From NCBI GenBank assembly GCA_028534125.1, contig CM052817.1:18478001-18542000 (forward strand): a stretch of DNA of 64,000 bases, in the 5' to 3' direction. The notes under the pieces are model-generated. The model had not been told where the DNA came from and did not search any database. It saw only the letters and a list, made by a program, of their open reading frames with translations. The stretch's first letter is position 1; every line of letters begins with the position of its first letter. This DNA is from Lama glama. Lineage: Eukaryota. This document shows positions 50,071 through 63,177 of this stretch, in pieces. Position numbers and translations under genes: made by a program.

Positions 50071-50469
50071 AGGTCTTCTCCCAAAATTCTTTTAGATGCA
50101 GGTTATAGTAGATGGTCTATTTTTTTTCCCCAATGGGAAAAACAATTTGAGAACGCTTAAGGTCACTCCATGACTAAATGACACCCAAATGTTTCTTAAC
50201 TCACAAAAACAACATTTTTCTGAATTCCCTTTTGCTGTATTGCCTTTGCTGAGGCGTAATTGACTGAAACTTTTGCACATATGAAATCTTCATCTCTCTT
50301 AATCATATCAAGTGAACTCTGGAATACAATTACGCTTGCTGCTTCTCTTGAATGCAGTCAATGGTCTGTAGTTTGCTGTTAGGAGTGCTTTCTCAATCAA
50401 TTATTTACAGCGATTTTTTTTTCCCCTGAAGTCCCTTTCCTTCACTAAACATTGGATTAAATGATCTCT

Positions 50470-50860
50470 AGCAATAAAGTCAGTCAGGTGAAGTGCTGGA
50501 GAAAGGCATTATGGGAAGAGGGAACAGTAGGTCTGAAGGTACAGATATGTGAAGTAGCAAAACAAATTTAGGACAGTGCAAGTCATTCAGGGTCTTTTGA
50601 CTGAAGCAAACAGTGCTCTAGGAGGCAGAGGGAGGTGAGGTCAAGGATGTGAACAGATACCAGGTCATAAAAGTTCTGGTGAGCTGTATTAAGGGATTTA
50701 TATTGTGAAATTTATGGAGAGCCATGGGATGTAATTCAGGGAAGTAGGATGATAACATCTGAAGAGTGGAAGGACCTCTCACATCAGTGTAGAGGGAAAG
50801 ATGGTAGTTAAGGGTATGAAGCCAGACAAAACAGAGGTGGTGGATTGACAAGACATGGGG
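50470..50860 (-). mobile_element. L2 fragment
   Basis: gggaacagtaggtctgaaggtacaga...ccaggtcataaa...ggagagccatggga. Confidence 0.6.
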
Positions 50861-50889
50861 AGGAAATAAAAATCAATATCAGGAAATCT

Positions 50890-51620
50890 TACAGAGTCTA
50901 CCTTCAAATTATAAATAGAACATGACCAATTCTTACCATGTACACTGTTACAACCTTGGTACAGGACATCATCATTGCTCTCCTGGTTACTGAAGTGGAC
51001 ATCTAAAAGTTCTCATGTTTTTGTCCTTGCTTCATCTCCTTTTTACTTTATTGTCAACCTAGTAGCCAGAATGATACTTTGAGAACATAAATTATATGAT
51101 ATGGCTTCTCTCCTCAAAGGTTTCCAGTGGCTTCTCATCTCACTCAGAATAAAGTCAAAGTCACTGTGATAACTACAAGGCCTTACAGAAAATAACCCCT
51201 TGTTGTCTCTACCATCTTATCTGATGAATTTCCCCTGCTCACTCGGTTTCATCTACACCAAACTCCCTCTTCTTTCAAAAGACTAGGCATGTACCTTTTT
51301 TAGGGCCTTACAATGGCTGTTCCCTCTGTCTGGAATGCTCTTCCCACAGATATCCACACACGACTAATTCCTTGATCCCCTTTACGCAACTATCAACCTC
51401 TTCTAAAATTGTAACTTACTGCAGCTTCCTACCTTGGGCACCCTAGATTTCTTTTATCCTGTTCTATTATTTCCCACAACACTTGCCACATTGCAACATA
51501 CTGTATGATTTACCGACCTTTAATTTTACCACTAATTTATTTATAAATTTTGGTCTATACTGTAAGCTCCACAGGCTGGGGTCTTTTCCAGTTTTATTCA
51601 AGGATACAGTCCAAGAGCCT
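50890..51620 (+). mobile_element. L2a-like fragment
   Basis: gtagccagaatgat...ccagtggcttctcatctcactcagaataaagtcaaagtc...gctgttccctctgtctggaatgctcttccc...tgtaagctccac. Confidence 0.85.
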
Positions 51621-52139
51621 TTCAAAGACAGCAGGCTTGAGAAGAACTGTAGGAATGGGAAAGGTGAGGTTTCCTAGGATGTTTTTTTTTCTCCCAGAAT
51701 TCAAATAAGCATTAAAGGAACAAATAACACTTGCAGTTTGTCTCCTACGGTTTTAGAGTTTTGGGTAATCTAACTCTAAGATCAGCTGATTGCTTTCAAA
51801 ACAGATTAAAACCTCAAGTACTCTATCTCCAGGGCCTTGGGATTCCTCTCTGGCTCTGTGTCTTTACCATCTATCCAAACAGAGTGGCTATGCCAAGAGT
51901 GAGTCCCATCTAATTGTGTGATATTGCTCAGGGGGAATAAATATCTATAGGCATCATTTATTGACTTCCATCTCTTAGAACAGTAGTTCTGAAAGTTGTT
52001 TGTGGGGTAAAACTTTTATACATTATGAGAAAAATACTGGCATTTAATTTTTATAGAAATCAAGGAACTTGGATGCAAGCAACAGAAGTTAAGTCCAGTT
52101 ATTTGAAATAGAAAGATAATCTGTAATCTTCTGGACAGG

Positions 52140-52630
52140 TGGAGAATCAAGCTTGGAGCTTTCACAGCAGCAAGAATGCCCAAGTTTTGCCATGGAAAAC
52201 AGGACCTCCTGGGCACTGCCACTGAGCACTGCTCCTCGGTATAGATGTCCAAGCTGGCACTACCAGTTCTCAGATGCTGAATATTAGTCATTACAACTAG
52301 AGCCATTATTGCCCCTGCTACCTCTGCAAGCTGGATCTCTACAAGATAGTCACCCCTTCTAGCACTCTCACCAAAATCGATTTTGCTCAGACCTTGCTAC
52401 TTTGTGTTCCCAACTTGGGTTTCAAAATCTGGGCAAGTGCAGGTGATTAGTGAAGCATGGGAAAGTGAGAATCTGGCATTTTCAACTTCTATTGGTACAC
52501 AGGAGGCTTTTTTTAAGCTTCCTAGGAGGAGAATGCCTTTCCTTTGTTTTGTGAAATTGAGGTTTCAGAAGACAAAGGAAGAAAGATTTTCTTACTGGGT
52601 AGCTAAAAAGAATGATGAATGTCCACCAGA
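52140..52630 (-). mobile_element. Old MaLR LTR remnant (MLT1K/L-like)
   Basis: tgggaaagtgagaatctggcattttcaacttcta and aatgtccacca terminus. Confidence 0.4.
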
Positions 52631-53069
52631 ATCTGCATATTAGTAAAAAAATGTGTCTGCATTTATGTGTACAATGGAATATAACCTCCAGTAAACATGA
52701 GTGCAGGTAGCTCAAGTGGTCAAACTGTGCATAATCAGGACTTTTGTCAGTGGTGAAAGGCATGGACTGGTTGGTGGAAGAAAATTTCCAGATTGAGATT
52801 CTTCTATCCATAGATTAATTTTTCTTCTACAAATTAGGCAACCATAGTCAAGATTTATTTTCATTAGCTGATCACCTTGGTTTAGCTTTTCAACTTCTGT
52901 TTGAGGAGGAGCCTACTTTGAGAAATAGAACTTAGTTATGGGGGGAAGAGAATGGGCGGATGAGGAAAAAGAGGAAGAGGCTGTGGTGAGATGGGAAAGG
53001 AGTGGGGTAAGTAAATCTCTCCAAAGGGAAAACTGTTCATTCAAATGGTTATCCTGATGATCTCAAAGA

Positions 53070-53745
53070 TAGCAACTTGTGGTCTAAGACAAAATTCAAT
53101 GCACAGTTGTGTTTTATTTGGCTTTCATAAAACAACATTTTTAATATATATATTTTTTTTCATCTGGAGATTTCTTAGAAAAATCTGGTTTTGTGGTTTC
53201 TCTTGAAAAATCAGAAGTAGATTTCTGATTTCTCTGGAAAAATCTTACCTGGACATCTTGTATTCAGGACTTCCCCTGCATGCTCTTCTGTGCTAATCGG
53301 TTGAAGCTGAGTAGCTTCTTTCTCATTTGGACAGATGTCACACTTCCCACCGCTCCCCACTACCTGCCCATAGCTGAAGTTGTGTGTCAACTACTGCATG
53401 TCATTATGCTTTTACTGTCATTTGTCTTTTAGCAGAGAAATGGTTTTCTACCTGTCTCTATCAAAAGTTAGAAAATGTATGCTTTTCTAATGTTAGAAAA
53501 TGTCAGAAAAGAGTGTGTTTCAAGAAAATTGAGAGAAGGCATTTTTTGGTGGAAATTAAAAGCATTTATACATGTTTAACAAAGTGTCAAAAATTCAATG
53601 CAAGAGGCCTATGTAAAACAAAGCACAATGAGAATTATGAAAATTGTGTGGGAAAAATGTATATAGAAAAGGTACATGATGAAAAGTTTAGTGATTCACA
53701 AAAGGACGTGGAGAGTAAACTTTCAATAGAGGCTGTTTTTTAAAG
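53070..53745 (+). mobile_element. Charlie8/MER102-family hAT transposon remnant with decayed transposase N-terminus
   Basis: MER102/Charlie8-like motifs (ggagatttc...aaaaatctgg...tctcttgaaaaatcagaag, gctgagtagc, tctctatcaaaag). Translation ERRHFLVEIKSIYTCL...TKH..Y...DEK resembles the recalled GTF2IRD2 Charlie8 domain ERAYFFVEVQNIPTCL...TNH..Y...DEK. Confidence 0.8.
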
Positions 53746-53939
53746 TGAATAAAATAAGTAAATCAACCTGTATTAACTAGTTCATTTTACTCACTAGTGT
53801 TACCTTCCTAGCCTATGAGGCATATGAATTTAGTACTGGCCTTTGCAGATAGTTAGTTCCCAGAATAAAAGGAAGGGAAGGAACTTTAATGTTTTATAAT
53901 AATGCTCCTTTGCTCTTCCCAAACTTTCCCACTGATCAG

Positions 53940-54421
53940 TGTTGTGGTTGACTTGTTGTTCCCAAAATGACACATTAAAGAGCTCACACCTGGTGCCTGT
54001 GAATGTGACCTCATTTGGATATAGTGTCTTTGCGGAAGTAATCAAGTTAAGACTGAGATCATACTTGACTAGGGTGGACCCTAATCCAATATGACTGGTG
54101 TCCTATAAGAGGAGGAGAAGAGGCCCAAAGACAGACACATTAGGAGAATGCGATGAGACCCAGGAGAGCTCCACTGAAAGGGGGAGAAAGAATGGAATGA
54201 TGAATATACAAGCCAAGATGCACCAAGGATTGCCCGTGAACATCAGAAGCTATGAAAGGAGCATGGAATAGATTCTTCTTCAGAGCCTCCACTGTGCACC
54301 ATCCCTGCTGGCACCTTGATTTGGTACTTCTGGCCTCCAGAACTATGAAAGAATACATTTCTGTTGTTTTAAGCCACCGAATTTGTGAAGATTGGTTATG
54401 GCAGTTCTAGGACACTAATAA
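53940..54421 (+). mobile_element. MLT1B/C-type solo LTR
   Basis: tgttgtggttga...cctgtgaatgtgacctcatttgga...ccctaatccaatatgactggtgtcc...caagccaag...ctggcctccagaactatga...ctaata. Confidence 0.9.
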
Positions 54422-55929
54422 AATCACTTTCAGGATATGTTTGGATGACTGGTCTTGACTCAATTCATCTTATTTATTATCTGATGCTTCATTGCCAATG
54501 ACATCAATTTATAGCTGTGGGTATCATGCCTCTGTATCAGACTGTGATTCTTTTATTTTTCTCTGCAGAAACTTAGGACGTTACTTTTCTATCCATACAA
54601 AGTGGTTTAAAGCCATTAATTTGTGTCTTATGCTCAAGGTGAATCTCTGAGCATTCTGCACCAAGTGCATGCTTAAAATGTTATGTGCTACTGGCTAATT
54701 TGAAAGGCAGGTTAAACTTATCTTTTAGCAGGATACTGTGATAAAGCGAGGCTCTAAATTGCTTGCTGACCCTTCTAAGCAGATTCACTTTACCACAGAA
54801 ATAATAGTCTTCCTTCAGTGCAAACCTGCTGCTTTTGCTCCCATGGTGTTACCATTTCACTCCCTTGGAGAAGATAACACGGTAGGCGGACTCATCTAAA
54901 GTAAATTGACTAGGATTATTTTCTCAGTGACAGCTTTATTGTCATTCTGCAACACATTCTTAGTTGATGAACTTGATAAACAGGGATTCTTTCTCTATCT
55001 ACAAGAAAAAAGAAATGTCTCGAAAAACGTAATTTTACTTTTTGTTTCATCTCAGTTGTCTACTCAGAAACCAGTCCATTTGGCCAAGAAGAGAATTTCA
55101 CTGAGGTCTTAGCTTACACTCTCTTTTTAATTTGCTAAAATGCAGGCTCATTGATAGGAAACTGAAAAAGAATGTAAGCATCATAATTCATTAGCTAGAC
55201 TTAGTTTGCCCCGTGGTGTCACGTAATTATTACTCAGATTATTTTATTATGCTTATGCAACCTTAAAAATGATTTAAGAGGCCTTTACATTTTCATGCTT
55301 TGCTTTCCTTTTTTGTATAAATTATTTAAATTGTGATAAACTGGGATGCTTTGATGAGCACGTGGCAATAGAGGGGCTGCTGCACCAAGGGAGAAAAACT
55401 CTGAGGGCAAAAATTTTTAGAAATTGAGATCGCTTGCCAACAGATCCAGATCACGATGAATGATCTGTGATTGTTACTTGCCTCATTGTTCATAAGGGAG
55501 AGTTTCTACTGGGTATTGAGGACCAAACACATACAGTTTTCTTTCTTTTTTTCTTTGTTATCCTTGGATACACTCTTCTCTATGGTCAGTGTATGCCTCA
55601 CATTTATTTGTATATTCAGTGAGTTGTTTTTAGTAACGTGATAAGCATCTGGGAGCCTGCCATGCAGAACGGACACTAAGACCTTGAAAATAATCCACAT
55701 CCAGCGGTATGTTCATCCCTATCGTTTTATCCTCAAGCCAACCCCTTCGTCTGACTCCTGTGTTCATTCCTTTGCTTCTATTTACACTGCCTCTATGCCC
55801 ATTCTTAAAGCAGTGTCTATTTTCATTATTTTCAGCTTTTAAAACAGGATATAGTGCTTCATGGAATCACTGGAGACTTAGAATTGCACTTAATAGATGA
55901 CTAAGAGTCATTAGTTTGTTGCTTGAGAC

Positions 55930-58900
55930 CGGAGTTCATTTTAATGCTCTATCATGTGAATACAGCACATATTGTTTATAGTCTCCAGTGGGCAATTGGG
56001 TTATTTCCAGGTTTTCGCTGTCATGGACAGCACTGCCATGAATATTCTCAGTAGATCTTTTAAACCTTCGCAAGAGCTTCTCTCGTGTACACGATAGGAG
56101 TTGAATTCCTGAGCCTTCAGATACATGCGAATTCAATGCTAGACTATAAAGTCAAGCTCTTTTCTAAAGTGATTGCGCTTGTTTGTATCCCTGCCAGAAA
56201 AATATGAGAGGGCCTGCTGATCCTTTCTGACACTCAGAATGTTCAGACGTTTTAATTCTTGTGAATTGAAAGACTGTAAAATGGTATCTCATTAGGGTCT
56301 TAATTTTTATCTCTCTGGTATAATGGACAGCTCTTCATGTTCGTTGGTTATAAATTTCCTACTCTTTTTTTCTATATATGTTTTCTTTTTTTATTGACGT
56401 ATAGTCACTCTAAAATGTTGTCACTTTCTGGCGTACAGCACAATACTTCCGTCATACAGGAACATACCTATATTCATTTTCATATTCTTCCTCACCATAA
56501 GTTACTACAAGATATTGAATATAGTTAGTTCCCTGTGCTATGCAGTGTGAACTTATTGTTCATCTATTTTATGTATATTAGTTAGTATTGCAAATCTCGA
56601 AAGTTTCCTATTCTGTGAAGGATTCTAACGTTTCTCTTGCCCATTATTCTATATTTATATTTGTTCTGGATACTAATTTATATTGCATTATATCATCTTG
56701 ACATTAACCTTTTGGCTATTGTGCATAATATAAATATCTTGTGCAAGTATGAGACTCATTTTCACTTTCTTAAAAAAACCTTCAGTTTTTGTTTGCTGAA
56801 TGAAATTATTAAATTTAATGCAGCATAATTGATCAATTTTTAGATTTTTACAGTAAACATTATAAGAAATCTTTTCATATCTCAAAGGCTAAAAAATTAT
56901 AACTTATGATTTCTAAGAGTTTTCCTTTTTATTTTTGATATTTAAGTCCTAATTCATATAGAATAGATTTTGCATTATCGTGTGAGGTAGGGATCCAATT
57001 TCATTTTTTTCTATATGGATAACTATTTTTGACCCTGCTTTACTGATTGATTAATCTCTGCTTTCTTCATCTTACATAATATATCTGTCATGACAAAGAT
57101 CCATGGTCATATTATCTATCCATGATTACCATATTTCATGATGTATAGTAAGATTATTCCCTGCTGTTCCTCTTCAGAATTGTCCTGGCTATGCTTGACA
57201 CTTTATTTGCCATACAAATTTAGAATAATCTTTACAAAGTTCAATAAAAACATTTTTTGGAAAGTTATTTAAAATTTTATTGCCCTTATAGATCAGCTTT
57301 TGGAAAACTGAGATTTTCATGGTGTTAAGTCCTCCCATCCAACATGGTATATATCTCTTTTTATTTGGGTAATCCTTAATACTACTTCACAGAGTTTTAT
57401 AATTTTTTCATTTATAAATATTGGGCATCAATTTCTGGATTTATTCTTATACATTTAGTATTTATTTGACACAGTTCTAAATAGAGTCCTCTCCTTAATT
57501 ATATTTTCTATAATTTGGCTGTTGGAGAATAAAAATCCATCTGACTTTTGTATTAAGCTTATATCTATTCACCTTATTAAATGCTGGTATTATTTCTAAT
57601 TATTTTTCTGGTGTTTATAGGTGAGTGATAATATATCTAAATATGAAAGTTTTATGTCATCCTTTCTAATTCTAGTGACTTTAATTTTTTTTTGTTTGCT
57701 TAACTCTAGTAGCTAGAATTCAATGCACTGTGGATTAGAAGTGATAACTGTGCTTCCTTGTATTATTTTTGATTTTAAAGCTAATGCATTAGAACAAGGT
57801 ATGCTTTTGGGTTTTTTTAAAACCAGGTTAAAGATATTCCTTTTTATTCCTAATTTACTAATAGCTTATTATCATGAATGAGTTTTGCATTTTATCAAAT
57901 TTCTGTATCTATTGAGATGATTATATAATTTTCTCTTTTAGCTCATTACTGTGGAAAATTACATTAATGGATTTTATAAACTATTCTTGCATACTTGGAA
58001 TAAACCCAATTTGGTCATAGTATATTATCTTCTTAATGCACTATTGCATTAACTTTTCTTTATTTTGTTTTTGCTTTTTTTAGGAATTTTTGTTCTGTAC
58101 TTATGAGTGAAGTGGGTCCATAATGATTTGTCTGGTTTGGGTATCAGGATTATATTAGGTTTATACTTTCAGTTGAGGAGTAATCCTTTTTTTGTTGATC
58201 AGAAGAACAAGTACAGAAATTTGGTGAAAGTTTGGTAGAACTTGTCTTTTAAAACCGACAGGGCCTGGTATTATGTTTCTAGATTTTTTTGACCACTGCT
58301 TCAGTTTCATTAATGGTTATACGAGACTTCGAGATTTTAATTTCTTCCTGGTAAATTAACTGTTTTCTAAAGAATGGTAAAGAGTTGTGAATACTATTTT
58401 CTCATCTTTTTATTCTTTATATTATCTGATTGCATTCATTCATAATACTGCTTCTACTCTCCTCGTCTCTCAAACAGAGTTAACAGGGGTAAATAAAGTT
58501 TGTTATAATTTTTATTAAAATAACCAACTTTTTTTGTGTTGATCTTTTTTTAAGTCTATTTTACACGCATTTATTTTATTCTATTCACATGTGTTGGTCT
58601 TTTTAAAAAATTATGAATTTCTGTTTTTATATTTATTATCCCTTTCCTTCTATTTTATTTGGGTTTACTTATTTATGGTTTTCGAGTGGACCACCTAACT
58701 TCTTAATGTGAATAGCTCATTCATTTTGAGGCATTTATAATTTTTAACATAAGTATCTAATATGATAAATAACTTCAAACAGCTGTGTTTGATGCATTCC
58801 ACATATATTGATATATAGTATTTGCTGTTATCTTTTAAAAATGTCTATTATGATTTCTTCTTTAACTTGTGAATGATTCAGCAGGATGTTTTTAAAACTT
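55930..58900 (-). mobile_element. Old L1 (L1MC/MD/ME-like) ORF2-3'UTR remnant, ~3 kb
   Basis: T-rich plus strand with antisense L1 motifs: ttgggttatttccag, aaatggtatctcatt, tgtgaggtagggatccaatttcattt, tatctattgagatgatt, ggaataaacccaatttggtcat, tttggtagaa. Confidence 0.85.
56366..56600 (-). mobile_element. Younger 5'-truncated L1 3' end nested in the old L1
   Basis: tttattgacgtatagtc...tacaagatattgaatatagtt...ccctgtgctatgcag. Imperfect TSD aaatttcctactct (56352-56365) / aagtttcctattct (56601-56614). Confidence 0.85.
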
Positions 58901-58959
58901 TCTCCTGTAAACACTTAGAGTAGTTTTTATTAGCTTCTTTTGATGAAACTCTAAACTCT

Positions 58960-59095
58960 ATTTCTTGATCTGTAAAAGTAGAATCTTAATAACACATACC
59001 TTGTAGCTTTGTTATGAAGATTCAATGAGTTAAAGCATGTAAACAACTTAACAAAGTTCTCGGCACATAATCACTTATCAAAAATACTAGCTGAG
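58960..59095 (+). mobile_element. MIR fragment
   Basis: atctgtaaaa...gttatgaagattcaatgagttaa...atgtaaa...ggcacata. Confidence 0.75.
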
Positions 59096-59789
59096 ATAAT
59101 TTTTACTATATATATTATAAATCATGATATTTGTTCAAAATTGGAGAATTTAGAGTTTCTAGAGACTCTCAGCATGCTTAAAGATAACATGCCTGGCAAA
59201 TTCTGTATGAGGAGATTTTTAAAAATTTAATTCCGTATTTAATGGAAAACAAGAATTTGAAAAATGCTGCTATATGGACATATTATTACATTTTTCTATA
59301 GCTTCATATGCCTCTCTCTTTGTATATCAGGAAAAAATTCTTGTGCTGTCAGTAATATAAGAGATAATCCAAATTCAACAGCTATATCCAAGAGAAAATA
59401 AAAGTCATGCCACATCATGCCTTAAATGAACATAAAATATTTCTAAACAATATGCACTTATCCATTTATTTTAATTGAATAGCTGCAATCCATAATTAGT
59501 GAGCAGAAAATCAGAGAACAAAATGCTAGTAGGAATTTAACACAAATTTACTTGTATAGGTTTAAATCGCAGTTTCTATAATAAAAATAGAAGGGCTGCC
59601 CTTTCACTTTTGCAGATACTTAATTAGTATCCTTCCTTGGCATGAAAATGCTCTTGCTATAAACAAGACCCTATTCTGAAGGAAATGTAAATGTCTTGGC
59701 ATAAAAACAATACATTTGCTTTGAGATCTTAGTTTCTTCTATTTGGGCACTAATAGTAATTTTAAAAAAAACATACTTTTTATACAGTG

Positions 59790-60020
59790 CTTTTATACAG
59801 TGCCTTGCAGTTTTCAGGGCATCTTCCTATTCATAACCTTGTTCATAACCACAAATTTTGCTGAGGTAAATGTGAGAATGTTATGATACCCATTTTCCAG
59901 ATGAAGAAAACAGAAGCCCAGATCAGTAAAATGACTTACTCAGGATTGGCGAGTCAAGTCTGTAAGTAGCAGAAACAAGACGAAAGCCCAGATTTCCTAA
60001 CTTCAGTCAGTGCCCTTTCT
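59790..60020 (-). mobile_element. MIR SINE
   Basis: cccattttccagatgaagaaaacagaagcccag...tgacttactcagg...gtaagtagcagaa. Confidence 0.75.
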
Positions 60021-60569
60021 AGGGCTCCTTATTCCCAGACGTACTGTCCACTCCTGCCCCACATGCATTTGAATCTTAATCAAATTAGCTAACCTGCTTT
60101 ATACCTGCCCAGGTATTGCGTTCTTAAATGGCAGGGGCCTTTGAGAGGACACATGTATCTATTTGTCTTCAACAAGAACAGCACTGTGTCTTGCTCATTT
60201 GCCAATAAATGCTATGAACTATTGAAAAATTATAATGCCCTGCTTAAAAAGATGATTTTATTTTACTCTCACATAACAACACTTTGATGAAGAATCGGAC
60301 TCAGTAGTATTAATTAACTTGTCACACAGTCTATGAATATTGGAGCCAGGAGCCAGTAGTCATCCCTAGCCAGTCTGATTCCAAAGGTCCGCTTTAATCT
60401 CTGTGTTACACTACAGCAAAGGAATAAAGATGAAGGAACGAATAAAGTGAGTTTGGTAGCAATGATATTTTCATGCACACTATGGATAAAAATAAAATGA
60501 TTTTGAGCTCAAAGCATTTTTTGGGTCCAAGAATAAAGATGATTATTTCTCAAGCATTTACTTTTTGCT

Positions 60570-60760
60570 TGATGTTTCACAGATATTATTTTTAATTTCC
60601 ACATCATTACCATAGGGGAGGTATTTTTTTTTATCATTTTTCCCATTTCATAGATGGGGTAAATACTAAGAATGTGAAATATGGTGTAACAAGTTCAAAG
60701 ATAACTTGTAAGTGATTGAAATGGGTTTTGAACTCAGTTCCATTCACTGTTAAAGCCCAT
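60570..60760 (-). mobile_element. MIR fragment
   Basis: cccatttcatagatgggg...gtaagtga...tttgaactcag...aaagcccatgc. Confidence 0.6.
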
Positions 60761-61172
60761 GCATTTACATTTGTTGGTATGTTTACATTTATTGTGAAAA
60801 GAAACAATTAGTCACAGCATATTAAAAAAAAAAAAGCCATTGAATCAGAAATGAGTTAGTCACAGTACTCGGCATAGCTTCTGATGTCTTGGAGTAAGGA
60901 GCCAATGAGGAATCTTACTTTCTTTGCTCACTACCCAAATTCAACTATGGATAAACCACTTCAATGTGCTTCTTTGACATCAACTTTTTCTCATCTACAA
61001 AGCCAGCATTGATCCATGGTTTAATCATTACAGATTATCCAGGTACTTTTTCAAACTCTTCATAAGAAGGTTTTTTTCTTTTTAGTAACATATCAGTCTT
61101 CATATTAGAAATATCTAATTAAACAGATACTAGTCAAGGAGTGAATTCTACTGTCAGGAATTTAAGAAAATT

Positions 61173-61751
61173 TGTGGCAGTTTAAAAAAAGACTCCCAAG
61201 CTTTTGACATTCCTTCACTGAGCAGTTGTCTATGTCCCCTTCTCTTAAATTTGAGTGGGCTTGTAAATGCTTTGACCAATGAAATATGGCAGGAATAATG
61301 CTATGTGACTTCTGAGGTGAGGTCATAAAAAAGCCAAAATGCTTCTACGTGGTTCTTATGGAGCACTTTCTCTCTGGAAGTTCCCTCTTGGAATGTCCCC
61401 TTTTTGACTGCAGTCACCATTCCATGAGAAGCCCAAATCCCAGAGACAGGTTGGGTATACATGCTCTAGTTAATAGTCTGAGCTGAGCTAAGCCTTCAGT
61501 CCAGGGGCCAGTTGTGAGTGAATAAGGCATCCTGAAAATGAATCCTTCAGTTTCAGTTACTGGAATGCCCAATGTGCAAGTCATCCCTGGCTGTTCAAGT
61601 TTACCCAGCTGAGGCCTCAAATATCCCAAGCACAAGCCATCCCCACTGTGCCCTGTCTGAGTTACTACCTCACAGAACTGTGAGCATAATAAGATTATTT
61701 TATTCCACTAAGCTTTGGGATTTTTTAAATGCAGAAATGGCAACTGGGACA
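61173..61751 (+). mobile_element. MLT1G/H-type 5' LTR
   Basis: tgtggcag...tatgtccccttc...gctttgaccaat...tgtgacttctgagg...aagccatcccc...cacagaactgtgagcataataa...aactgggaca. Confidence 0.8.
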
Positions 61752-63177
61752 AAATTTGGTATCAGAAGTGAGATGCTGCTGTAACAAAACCATAAAATGC
61801 ACCATTGAGATTGGTGATGTTTAAAAACCTAAAACATGTGCTTTTGAGGTTGGTGATGATTAAACAAGGCCTTTAGGAGCTTATTAATAGAAGTTAGAAA
61901 AGCCTCAAGGAAGCTGTTGGTGGAGGCTTAAACGAGATTGAGGAAAATGTTGTTGAAACCTGAAGGAAAGAAGATCCTTATAATGTAGCAATTCAAAAAA
62001 TTTAAATATTGCCACCTGTAGAAATGTGAAAAATGGATAACATTCTTAATGAACTGATGCATCTGGCTAAGAAAATTTTCAGAAATAATGTAAAAAGTGT
62101 TAACTGGTTTCCTTTAGCTGCATATTATAAGATAAACTATAGAGAAATGAGCTAAAAAGGAGATATTCAGTTTTAAAATAGTTATCTAGAAGAACTAAAA
62201 CAATATTCAAGACTTTCTGTGCTTGAAAATATTTATCACCCTCAGTGTCTCCTAGGGAAGATAAAATCCAGGACACAAACAGGAATATGTATTCTTAGGG
62301 TAAAGAAATCAAGTGTGAGACTATAACATCTTTTGTTTAGATCACAAAAATATTTAAAGGTGGTACTTCATAATTCTTCCCAGTCAAAAAGCAGTCTTTA
62401 TGGTTACATCTCATAGACCCTCTCTGTTTAGCAATAGAGTTTCCTGGAATCTTTAGGAAGTTGTCCCACAGTAGCCTCATACCAGGCCCTGAGCAGAGCA
62501 TACCTTAGGAAGAGATTTATGAGTGTGACTTTTATTCAGTTGTGGATTTATAATTGATACGTAAGAAACTGACAACGTTTTTAAGTTAACTATATTGGCA
62601 GAAACACCACCAGCTTGGACTAAAAGTGAGAGAGATAGAGCAAAACAAAAAGAGGCACTTGGACCTCCATATTTTAATGGGCAGGGAAAAGGTTGAGAAA
62701 AATCCTCAACAAATTTAGGGTTATTTTTATGGAAATGGAAGAATGACTAAAAGGGAGAGTTCAGAGGCTAGAGGCTGGAGCTAGATCAATGGAGAACAAC
62801 GCCCATAAACTAGAACAGGACTATAATCTAAGTTCTGGCAACATGTGCCTACTTGGATTTCAGAATTGCTATGATCCGGGGATCATGTGCCTCCCAGTAT
62901 CCTTTTAAAACACAAGTATCTATTATGTTTATTCTATGCCCATCTTAGTACTGCATGTTGGGTGGTTGATAGCCGGTCTCTTTAGTTCACTACTTTTCAG
63001 ATAAGAGGATGCTAATGACTCTTTTCCACACTTTAACTCAGTTTAGTTGACACAATCCTAAATTTGACCCAGAGACTGATACTACAATGGGATGATTCTT
63101 TGAGTACTATTAAAGAGAATGAGTGTATTATTTATATGGAAGGAATTCAAATAACTTGTGACCAAAAGACAGCATGT
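61752..63177 (+). mobile_element. MLT1 internal region
   Basis: Starts aaatttggtatcagaagtg...tgctgctgtaacaaa (typical MLT1-int start), with agatcctt, tctggctaagaaaattt, ggatttcagaattgctatg and gaatgagtgtatt motifs. Confidence 0.75.

Noticed and set aside
56020..56040. REST half-site-like GGACAGCAC
   Set aside because: Inside an old L1, and the left half-site is missing.
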